DNA of 57,170 nucleotides from Gnetum montanum (Eukaryota > Plantae > Gnetophyta), in the NCBI GenBank assembly GCA_015680685.1, contig MNCI01002621.1:258795-315964 (forward strand), written 5' to 3'. This document shows positions 46,408 through 57,170 of this stretch, piece by piece. Position numbers and translations under genes: made by a program. The notes under the pieces were generated by a model that was given only the letters and a program-made list of their open reading frames with translations, had not been told where the DNA came from and made no database searches. The number at the start of each line of letters is the position of its first letter. The first letter of the stretch is position 1.

Positions 46408-49400
46408 AGACAATGGACAAATAGTCTTTGCCAAGATCTCCCATAAAACAAGAACTACTATCTAATACAATGTTTATAGGAGATTGAAAGAATTGTACCA
46501 CATGGGTAGAAGATAACCTCACCAAGTCCTTAACCATGTAAGATGTAGACATAAGAGGAAGATGGTGAACAAAGAGAATTATCCACCTAAGTCACTATTC
46601 TTTGAATAACATTACCATACATCCCACTATTCACCAATTGTAGATCATCCAATCAAGCACATAAGTCATTTTACATTTGAGCATTTACAAGTTAGCAATT
46701 GTGCATCATACTCTTTCAAATGAGGATGAACCAGCAGCCAAAATTTGTGCCACTATTTCCAGAACTAAATCAAATCCTTAATAAGGAAAATTTAGGCAAA
46801 TGAGCCATTCCATTAAAACATCCAATAATTTTCATATTTAAAATGCCACCCAAAAATAATGACATGGAAGTACTTCCCTTAAATATGAGATTCTTGTCAA
46901 TAGAGTAATTTGACACACTATCAACTTTCTTTGATGAATCATGAATTTTTCCCTTAAGAAACCATTGGTAAAGGATCATTGAATGAAAACCCAACATTAT
47001 CCTACAACATGTGAATATAAAACTATCATATTTTAACACTAAACTACAAATTTTTCAAGGCATTCAAGCCAAATATTTTCTCATAGCATCAATAGAAACA
47101 AACATAGCTATACATATAAAAGCAACACATCACAACAAGAAGCACTAATCTAATACATTGCCCATATTCAATTTATAATAGAACCTATGTCTTAGATTAT
47201 CACAAGGATAAACTAGTAGAACAAAATTTGTTTCAATTGCAATTCATCATAACCAACTTGTCATACACAACTATTTTGCATAAATCAAAGATCATTGATA
47301 ACATTCTAACGGTACTTCAGACAATTTCTTAGTACAACATTTTGAGCCCAAGAAAGTTAGTGTTAGTGTTAGTGCTTAACTTTAATGAGAAAGGAACTTT
47401 CTTAGGATCAATCAACCTTAGAATCACTTGGACTCCTTTAGTTCAAGATAGGTGATGCATGAATATATCATCTACTTGTAACCATTGATCTCATAAGTGG
47501 ATTGTCTATAAGAGTAACACTAGGATCTATTCAATTGTCTTTAAACATCTCATTTATCATTTAAAACTACTTTGTAAAGATATCTTAATATGTATTTTTC
47601 TTGAACTAAGACCTTGACTCTCATACCAACTATAATGACACTACTCTAGGAAGCACCTCTCGACACCACTTTTAAGCCTCAAAGTCACTAACTAAGTATT
47701 CTAAAGTGGACTCAAGGTGGATTACACCTCCTCAAGAACCTACAAGCATAGCATGAGTACATAACACATATGTTATTTGTTAGTCCAAGGGTTAGGGGCA
47801 TTGTGAGGATGCCTTGATAATCATATAAGTGATTGGACCAATACAACATAGATGTATAACATTCACAGAGAGCATTATCAAACACATAAGAGATATTGTT
47901 CTTTAAGAAAACTAAGACATGCACCTATACTACACATATCTAGCCTTATACCCTCGCTCTATAGAGAAGAGGTGTTGCTTGAGCTAGAGAGATTAAAGCC
48001 TCCCCAACAAGCCTACATGTCCTGTAACATTGTTCATAAGAAATCAAGGCAATGTCTATAGGGGTGGTGGTTAAGATAGCATGGAACCTAAGTGGATATC
48101 CATACTTCTTCCAACCCTCGTTCTAGAAGAAGAGTAGTCTATGAACCACCAATAAGGCATACTCTCTACAAGCTATTTTAGAATCAATTTCCATTTTTAG
48201 AAACCTACTATTTTTAGTTAATTTTTATTTATAGTAATTTTTTATAATTAGCAACATTGGTCTTAACAACATAATTATCATACACTTCAATCGCATTTAA
48301 CCATACAATTTGAGCCCATTATGAGTGTGCCTAGTAAGATAATGATGTGTGATCTTCACTACTATACTATATGTTCCATCTATATTGTCCATGAATTACA
48401 ACACAATCTACTATAACACTTGTAAATCTGTATGATTGTACATGGAGCATACAAAATGTTAGTATTTAATTGTAGGAGTTATATAAGATTGCTAAAAGAT
48501 TATAACCATTTATTTTTCATAATATTATTTTCATATTGCTTAAGATGCACATGTGAATTCATTACTAAAAATAACTACCTTTCATAGGTTCAAAAACTCA
48601 CCACTTGTTAAGAACACTAAATGTAAAATGTACAAACATTAGTGATGAGTGGCAAGGTACCCCTACATCCAACCATATGAATCACAAAGCCCTCACACGT
48701 GATTCGGTCGAATTTCATGGACTTTATAGGTTTCGACGCACTAGTCTTCTAGGAAGTGAACCTTGCCTTAAGGTCATTCCTTTTCTTCTCAATTACACTT
48801 GTGACATACACTAGTATGGTTAAAGGTAATGGAGGCATTGATATTTTATGATTTTGTGTTTAAAGAGAGTTAAAGTAATTGGATTAACTATATTAATTTA
48901 ACCAATTAACTAGTATCTAAGTAGTCCTAACATAAGTAGTTGGTCCCACTTTCCACACATGTCCTGAACCCAGGTATCCATTGCTGGGTTACCAAGTGCT
49001 ACGCTACTAGGCATACCAAGCAATAATGTTGCTAGGATTACCAAGTGAATATGTGTTATGCTCAAAGTAGCTGTACTTGTGTGTTTAATCTATCTAGCTT
49101 ATCTTGCTTAATTACTTCATTAGCTTAATTATGGGAAAACATTGAATAAATAATTAAAAACATTAAATGCATAAATGACACATTTAAGTTATCTAGAATG
49201 CTACAAGCTTTATCAAGAAGTTCATCTTTATTGCCGCACACACTATCATGCCCAGGTACAACAATGCTCAAATAAAGATTCATACAATCAATGACTCTTA
49301 CTATGGGCACTTAGGAAAAATATTCTATCTCTCAAATAGAAAAACTGCAAGAGCTTTGCTACTACTATGAAAATTAATGCCATAAATGTGGCTAGTTAGC

Positions 49401-49778
49401 ACGTATTTATAGACTAGGATAGACCCCTACGACAACGAGGTCGCATCGATGGGGCCTAATCGATGCAACAAACTATGTCAATGGGGTCTAATTGATGCGA
49501 CAAATCGAAACTCATCATACCCCCATGACTAAATGAAAACTTGTCCTCAAGTTCTTTACAAAATTAGGAACATATGAGATTATTAACTAGCTTCTGACAT
49601 AACAAAACAAAACAACATAAACATAACAAAATTGGGTGCCTAGTGTACAGACTAATACATTACAAAAATTATAGTGTTTATGACACAAAATTAAACACCA
49701 TGACATGATTCTTCAAAATTGGATAGCACATTCTTTGATGGCATAAAGTTGGTGGAGAATCCCAGGCAGTGGTGGCTC

Positions 49779-51100
49779 CTAAGGTTCTAAAGGACCTTTA
49801 CCAGCTTCAAGCATGTGTGGTTGCTGAGGCGACTGTGGCTGTCCTACTATTGCTGCAACTTTAGGTGGAAGGAAAAAAGCATCTAATAATGCCTTCATTT
49901 TCTCTTCTTTACTCCTAGGATCATTCATGGTCCACGCATCTTCATCGATGTGGGCTAGGATTGGAACATCCCAAGGATAAGGCAAAATAGGAAATAGCTC
50001 CATATCATTGACAAACTAGGCTACAAATTTCTTACACTTGATGTCAAATGCTCGAAGTGTGTCTTGTAGCACTTCGTAGTCATTGATTTGTTTGGCCAAG
50101 TTCTTTGCAATTGATCTTTGGTTAATGAATTTTGCCTTAAGAACCTCAAGTTTAGCATTTGCCAGTGTAAGCTTTTTCTTGGTGTCTTTATGAGTCTTGA
50201 ACTTGGCCTCATATAATAAGTATGAGCTAGCCACTTACTTCTTGAGCTTAGACCATGGTCATCCAGTAGTTAGCATTACTAGGTTTACATAACAGAGGTT
50301 GGACATCTCCATGTACTATGTCATCTCTTCAATCTACAACTTCTTCATGCAAATTTTTTCTTTGTTGTAGGCATCAATCCCATCAATGATGGGTTGCCAT
50401 ATTTCTCTACCTTGTTGGAGTTGTTAAAGGGCCTCATTAACCTTTTCCTTGACTAGTTGGATATACTTTTCATTTACCTCCTTTTATAGGCCAACTTAGT
50501 CTCTATAATGGTTTTTAACTTTTTCGAATTTCAGAGCCTCGTTTTTCCAAGTGGCAATCTCAATGGCTAATTTTTGGCAAAAGACATGGACCTCCTCCAT
50601 GGAGAGATTATGATTCTCTACTACCAATCTCCTCAATTTGACATTTGCCTTGGCAATTTGCTCCTGTTGTTGAAGGATAAATTCTTCTAGCTATTGTTTT
50701 TGTGCATCAAAATTTTGTAGGCAATGGTTTTCTACGGTTAAGGACTCATTTTCTTGGCATGTTTGAATTAACTACTTTCGTACTACATGAGTTTCAACTT
50801 CTACTATTGATTGATTGAAGACCACTATTACCATTTCTCCCTCAATCCCCTTTAGCTGTTCTTGAAGCTACTAAAAAGCTTTGTCTCCTATCAATGCAAG
50901 ATTGACAAAAGTAGGGTTGGCAATTTGGGCATGCAACTCGGCAACTTCTACGACCAAGCTTTGATTGTGTGCTTGAGCCATTTCAAGTTGCCCTTCTAAG
51001 ATGAGGCACCTACTATTTTTGCCCTTGCATAACCCCAACTAAGGAGTTTGTGGACCCCATAGTTGATTAATGATCATGAAAGGTTAAGGATCAACCAAAA
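49779..51100 (-). pseudogene. Extra-ORF remnant (coiled coil plus conserved C-terminal motif) of element D
   Basis: YLLYEAKFKTHKDTKKKLTLANAKLEVLKAKF..AKNLAKQINDYEVLQDTLRAF and LFPILPYPWDVPILAHIDEDAWTMNDPRSKEEKMKALL align with A and A'. Confidence 0.75.
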
Positions 51101-52270
51101 AGAATCTATCTAAGAATTCTAGCACATCAAACTAAGACATCGAGCATAACATAGAAACTAATAGTGAGGTTAGTTATGGGAGCATAAATGGATGATTGAG
51201 AAGGTGGGATGGAATCCTGAATTGAGGTTGTAAGAAGTCCCTTGTAGAATATGTATTTAAAATAACTTGAGAAGATCCATCCTTAGTCTAGATCAAAACT
51301 AGTCTCTTTTAGTGACTTCGCATCACCACTTTAAGATCAATCTACTTACCTAAGACATGAGAGTGCTCCCATAAAATAACCATTGTTCCAAAAAGAGAAG
51401 TAGGAAGTGAGAAAGAGAGGGCCTTATTTAGAGGGGAAATTCAGGCATGGGTGCATGTCTTTCTAGTCCCATAACTAGTGCTTATAGCCTGTTTATTTGT
51501 CTAAGGGGCGTGCTTTCAATTCCCATCATGTTTATTTTTTTTTTGTTTTTTCTCTTTTTCTTTTTTTTTTCAAATGGAAACCACACCATGCAAAGACTAT
51601 ATTTGACTTCCTATTAATGGTTGGAATGGAATGGTAAGAAGTTCATAAAAAACACCCAAGCACTTAAGTAAGTGGAAGAGTACAAGGAGTATTGAGTCCC
51701 CTTGAAGTCACACCCTCTACAAACCTTTGAATCTTTCCCAATTCTGGAACTACCAAGGTCACTAATTGATTAAACATTTCTTTCATAGAAGGAACCTCAA
51801 ACTCCTAAAACAAGGAAAACCATAGAGTTTATTGGATGGGCAGATTACATGGATTTACTACTTATTCCATAAAAAATAAACCATGTCATAGTCATTAGAC
51901 ATCAGAATTCAAAAATAGAAACCAAACATCAACAATCACAACATTAAGCACAAACCATCATTAGTAAACAACATGAGTGGCACTGTGTCATATTGCAATA
52001 AAGCACTTTTATTAGCAAAAAATAATGAAAAGTCACACTTAAACAAAACAAAAAAAAGTAAAATATATGAGAAAGTGTAAACTAATAAAAAATGTTCAAA
52101 GGTACTAACGATGGTGCAAAATTGGAAATAATTTGAAAATAAAAAACTTATAAAATAAATAACTTGTAAAATCAAAAACATGGAAAATAAAAAGTAGAAA
52201 AGCTGAGAAGCCATATGGATCGTTAGCACAGATGGCTATCTCCTCCATGATTGAGTTGGAAGGAGTAGAT

Positions 52271-55200
52271 CTAAAAAATGGAATGTGGTTGTCCATCCAT
52301 CAAGGTGGTAGTTGCACTAGCTTGTCTTGGCTCTAGGAAAGGTTTTAGTAGTTCAATCTTGACCAATTGCTTTTTATTTGGACTTTCAAGTTTGTAGATT
52401 AACATGGCCGTAGAGGAAAAGGTTTGATTAATTATATAAGGTTCCTCCCACAATAATTGAAATTTTGTCTTCTAGGGTACATGTGTGGGGTTCTAATAGA
52501 GAATCTAATCTCCTAGTTGAAATGTTACGTTCCATATTTTGCAGTCATGACGTTGCTTATTGAATGCCTTGTGCACCTCATTCAAAGATAGGGCCACCAA
52601 TTGATTTTCATCTAGCACATTTAGGTTTATCAATCTTTCTTTCTATGCTAAACTTGGGTCAAGATCCAGATCATAGGCTGTTGAGAGTGTACAGAGATCA
52701 GACTAAATTGGGAGCATTGGAAGTTTTCCGTACACTAACTCATAGGAAGAGTAGCCAATAGGGAGTTTCCATGTTGAGTGATAGGCCTAGAGGGAATCAT
52801 TGAGTTTGGTGCTCCAATATCTCTTATATTTACTTGTAGTTCTTATTAANGGTTAAGCAGAGGTAACTAACCAGGAGATCACAAAGATCTTAATAAGAAC
52901 TACAAGTAAATATAAGAGATATTGGAGCACCAAACTCAATGATGCCCTCTAGGCCTATCACTCAACATGGAAACTCCCTATTGGCTACTCTTCCTATGAG
53001 TTAGTGTACGGAAAACTNATTGGACAAACTAGTGTGCATTCCTGAAGATTATAGGCCAATAGTATCCTACCATCAGGATTTTTATGGCCATGCATCTCCC
53101 TGCATAGTGCCTCCACAAGGCCCTTCATGAGCATCCTTGAGAATGTGTAGTTGATCTTCATCAGGGACACACCAACAAATTAGGCCATTGGTGCGCACCT
53201 TGTAAAGGTGTCCATTGATTTCCATGAAGTATTTGGCTTGATGAAGAAATTGTTGCTTCTTTCTAAAGTCAAGATATTATGGCATTTCTTGAGTGAGAAG
53301 ATAGATGAGGATGCCATTATACCATGTTGTTTTTATGAGCAGTTCATCATTTAGTGTTCCTATAAAGAGGAACTCGTTTGGAAACTGATTAGAGAGCAGG
53401 CTTTCCTCCTCTTTATTATCCCATATTAAGTGAGAGAGGTGGTTAGAGACCACATTTTTGGTTCCTTTTTAATATACCATTATGAGATCGAATTCTTGCA
53501 AGATCATGAGCCATTGTATGACATGAGGGCTCACTGTTGGCTTATTCATGAGGAAGCAGATTGCATTGTGGTCAATGTGCACAAATACTTTGTAGCCAAG
53601 CACATAGTGCCTAAAATTTTCAAGAGCATACATCACTAACATTAATTCTTTCTCTATAGTGATGTAATTTAATTGTGCTCCCACAATGCTTCGACTTATG
53701 TAGTGGATGTAGTATGAACATTTCTTATCGTCCAACTATGTGAGCACTACTCCTAGGGTAAAATGCATTCATCATGATGTTGAATGGTCTGGACCAGTCT
53801 GGTGCTCATGGAATTGGTGTTTCTATGAGTTTTTCCTTTAATTGTTGGAATGCATGTTTGCATTCCTTGGTCCAGATGAAAGGTGCATCTTTCTTTATAA
53901 GCTCTACTAATGGTTTTTTCATCTTAGAGAAATTCTCTTTGAAAAGCTAGTAGTAGCCAGTGTGTCCAAGGAACAATTTAACATCTTTGACTATCTTTGG
54001 TTGATGTGTAATTCCTTGGATGACCCTTATCTTTTATGGGTCTACCTCAATCCCTTCTTGCAAAATTTAGTGCCCCAACACAATGCCTTCTTGGACCATA
54101 AGGTGACTTTTTTGCCAATTAAGCTATAGATTTGTTTCGACACATCTCTTTAGTACTTGGTTAAGGAGGTTCAAGGCTTGCTTAAATGTAACTCCATAAG
54201 TGGAGAAGTCATCCATGAAGACTTTCACACCACTACCAATCTGCTATTGGAAAATACTAAGATCTAGGCATTGAAATGTTGCAAGGGCATTGCATAGACT
54301 AAATAGCATCTTACAATATGGAAAAGTCCCCTAAGGACTCGCAAATGTTTCTTGGCCTAATCTTCTAGTGTAATTTGGATTTGGTTATAGCCACTATAAT
54401 AATCCAAGAAGCTATAATAGCAATTCTTGGATATGGTTTCCAACACTTGATCCAGAAATGGCAATGGAAAATGATTTTTAAACATTGTCATATTCAACAA
54501 CTTGAACTTGATACAGACTTGCCACTTGCCACCTTTCTTTGGCACAATTACGAGTGGGCTAATCCACTCACTATCTATGATGGAATAGATAAACCCTACC
54601 TTGAGGAGTTACTCTATTTCCTCCTTGAAGATCTACTTTAATTTGGGGTTTAGCTGCCTCTGCGACTGCCTTCTTGGCTTCATAGTTGAGTCCATGTAAA
54701 TGTGATGTTGGCATATCCTTGGATCAATTCTTGTCAACTTGGGATATGACTAGTTTACCATTGGATATGACTAGTTTACCAACAAAGGATGTTGGCCATT
54801 TGTTAATCACCTTTAACAACTTTTCTTTTTGTTCAGGAGTAAGTTGGGCATTGATTATGACTAGTTTACCATTGTTTAAAAATGCATATTCCATGTTGAC
54901 TGGTAGGGTTTTTAGTTCTAGGGGATCCTACTTGAAGTTATTAGGGATTTCCAACTTTCCCAAATAGGTATCATCATCTTCATCATCAAAGAGTGGGTGA
55001 TGAACTTGCTCAAGTTCATTCATGCTTTTAACATAAGCACATGTTAGGCTCTTAGTTGGTTCCATGCATAATGTGCTACTATCTGAGTTAGATATTAGCC
55101 ACTAGGTGCCCTCCTATTTTGTGGCTGCTGCATATAGACACCTTTGAATATCTATTTCTTGTGCACACTGATTACATGCTTCAATGTATGTACTTTTGAT

Positions 55201-55485
55201 GGAGCAAATCTTTTGCACTCAATTGCACTCATTATCCCTGTATGCAATGCATGAAATACGCTTCTTATCTAACTTTCTAAATTCATTTTCCTTGGAGATT
55301 TTTAAGGAGAGGTCCCTTATGCCCATATGTGCATCAACTGTGCTTAACCATGCTCTTTCCATAATGATGGGGAAGTCACCTTTGTAGTTTTCAACTTGAA
55401 TCACCAAAAATCGGCAGGATAGGACCACCCACTAACTATGGTCACAATGTCCTCCACCAATCCTAAGGGAATAGTGATTGGCTGG
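52271..55485 (-). pseudogene. pol: Athila pol (protease tail, RT, RNase H, integrase), heavily disrupted
   Basis: DFPIIMERAWLST; PKKGGKW..NHFPLPFLDQVLE..YYSFLDYYSGYNQI; VKVFMDDFSTYG (Athila signature); NYITIEKELMLVMYALENFRHYVLG; ILKDAHEGPCGG; SYELVYGK; WEEPYII. Confidence 0.9.
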
Positions 55486-57170
55486 TGATGAAGCGCTAAG
55501 CAGTCGATGCGTCGACTAGGCTGCGTATACGGGGCCACGTCGACATGGCCCTGTTTACACAGAGCCTATTTTAGCCTATAAATAAGTGGCCCTCCACCAC
55601 ACTTAGGTATCTTTTAGGTAGTTGTAGCGAAGCCCTTACAGTTTGTTTCTGTAGGAGTTAGACTATTTTCCCAAGTGCATGCTTGTAGTGTGATGCTTAT
55701 AATTGTACGTCACCTTTATTTGAGTGTGACGTACTTGGACGTGCACATGACCGGAAATAAAGATCGAGATTACTTCATTATTGTAGCATTCACTTAGTTT
55801 TAATTGTTTTATTATTATTATTAATTGTCATTGTTATTTATTATTTTCTTAGTTGATATTTCTTTATTATCATTTACTATTCTTGTTGTTAATTACGGAA
55901 TGAGTATGAATTAATCATGAGCATTTAAGTGTGACTACTTGGTAACCCAGTAGCATACCTAGGATCTACGCTTGGTAATCCCAGTAGTAGTTGTGCATGA
56001 GGTCCAAGATGTGTATGGATGATTAAGGAACGGATGCTCATTGCACTTAGGCTAGCTTAGACTTCATTTCCTATTGCTCATTAGTTTAATCAAAATTATG
56101 TTCCATTGTCTCTAGGAGTAGCACTAGTTTAGGATCACATCATATGTCTCACTTTAGACTAAACCATACATGACAAAGCAGATACTAGTCCAGGTGGGAA
56201 GACAATGAACTGCGATCAACGTGTAACTATCTAGATACCAAAACTAGCCTGTCCATGGAGTTCAACTGGATCTTGCGTGAACGCTTGTATTTGTATGGTT
56301 GAGTGTAGGGGTACCTTGCCAGTCATCATTGGCGCTGTTGTAGGGGAATGGTGCTAGTTATTTAGATTAGTTATATCATGCAAGACCGCTATAACAAGTA
56401 TTAACAATATATTATTTAGAAAAGAAATTAAATTCAATTTAATTAAGTCATACATGGTTCACAAGAATGTCTCTCTCACAAGACTATTACAACGCAACAA
56501 CTAGTAGAGAAACTCATTGCAGAACCAACAAATTATGTGATAATGAAGATGAAGTTTGGAGTACCCAATTTGATGTAGGTGTCTCTTATGAGCATCAACG
56601 AAAACAACATCATTCCAACTCACAACTGCATATCATACCTAGTGATGATGAACCCCTACTGGCCACTATAAGCTTAACGAAAATACAAGAGGTTGTTCGA
56701 ATAGCCCACAGGCATAGTAAGGAAAGTTGTCTACCTGTGCTTAATTTAAACAACTTTCCCAAGTTTTCAAGAGGCTATGATTTAGATCCGCAACAAAATT
56801 TTCAAGCCTTCTACGATGCCTGTACATGGAACAATATTGATAATGGCTGGAAAAAACTTAAGCTCTTTCCTTTGACACTCGTTGGCTAAGCAAAAGTATG
56901 GTATAGGTCGTTAAAACCAAAATCAATTCGATGTTGGCCAATAATGGTAGAGCTTTTCAACGAAAGATATCAAACCTATGCGAGAGTGTCAGCCTTGAGG
57001 GGACAAATCCAAGAATGGAAACAAGCGCAATATGAACCCTTGGACATCGCCTTAGAAAGATATTATGCACTGTTAAACAACTGCCTAGGCCATGGGTTCT
57101 CCGAGGAAAGGCTAATGTACCATATTGTAGATGGACTCCATAATGAAACAAGGGAGACCCTAGGGATGTA
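55486..57170 (+). mobile_element. 5' end of Athila-like element E: LTR 55486-56328, PBS 56330-56347, gag running off the window
   Basis: TGATGAA...GTCATCA; PBS TGGCGCTGTTGTAGGGGA; leader and gag paralogous to element A. Confidence 0.9.
56467..57170 (+). pseudogene. gag: Retrotransposon gag, disrupted, partial
   Basis: FPKFSRGYDLDPQQNFQAFYDAC..KLKLFPLTLVG*AKVWYRSLKPKSI; in-frame TAA at 56887-56889. Confidence 0.85.

Larger units (their letters stand above)
44709..48170 (-). mobile_element. Small non-autonomous or internally deleted Met-primed LTR element (family C)
   Basis: LTRs ~44709-45478 and 47631-48170; near-TSD AGTTA/AGCTA; reverse PBS remnant ACTCTCATACCA at 47617-47628; reverse PPT TCCCCTACTTGAAAG at ~45481; 2.15 kb interior without RT/IN motifs. 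Confidence 0.75.
48643..55485 (-). mobile_element. Athila-like element D (pol-containing), 3' LTR 48643-49517, truncated at the protease by a younger insertion
   Basis: LTR TGATGAG...CTCATCA; reverse PPT TACCCCCATGACTAAATGAAAACTTGTCCTCAAG at 49518; extra-ORF remnant 49779-51100; pol remnants upstream. Confidence 0.9.

Noticed and set aside
52722-53018. Near-perfect 128 bp inverted repeat inside the integrase region
   Set aside because: The second arm lies in a segment bounded by single Ns (52850, 53018); most likely a mis-oriented gap-fill fragment, not a real hairpin.

Overview
Eukaryotic, land-plant nuclear DNA (AT-rich, GT-AG introns, plant LTR lineages), so the ORF track is mostly uninformative. 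A ~17 kb gene island holds two convergent intron-containing genes: an 11-exon choline/ethanolamine kinase (+, 18106-29886, 384 aa reconstructed by hand, CEK4/EMB1187-like) and a 2-exon plant dynein light chain (-, 33525-32423, 190 aa). Both flanks are nests of decayed Ty3/Gypsy elements. Several are Athila-like (tRNA-Asp PBS, TGATGAG..CTCATCA LTRs, extra 'env-position' ORF). One is a structurally complete but pseudogenised Galadriel-type chromovirus (34390-41197, TSD ATTAT). There is also a small non-autonomous Met-primed element and several solo LTRs with TSDs. The window further holds three copies of a tRNA-derived SINE, RTE LINE fragments and an intronic foldback MITE. There is no CRISPR, rRNA or intact tRNA gene. 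The most unusual observations are three. (i) A run of back-to-back hairpins at the U3 end of Met-primed LTRs keeps its architecture across families despite changed stem sequence. (ii) An Athila module of ~900 codons (Transposase_32-like domain + long coiled coil + conserved C-terminal motif) appears to have its own internal promoter and splice acceptor. (iii) That module is carried by a pol-less element. All alignments and translations were done by eye; species and family names need database confirmation.
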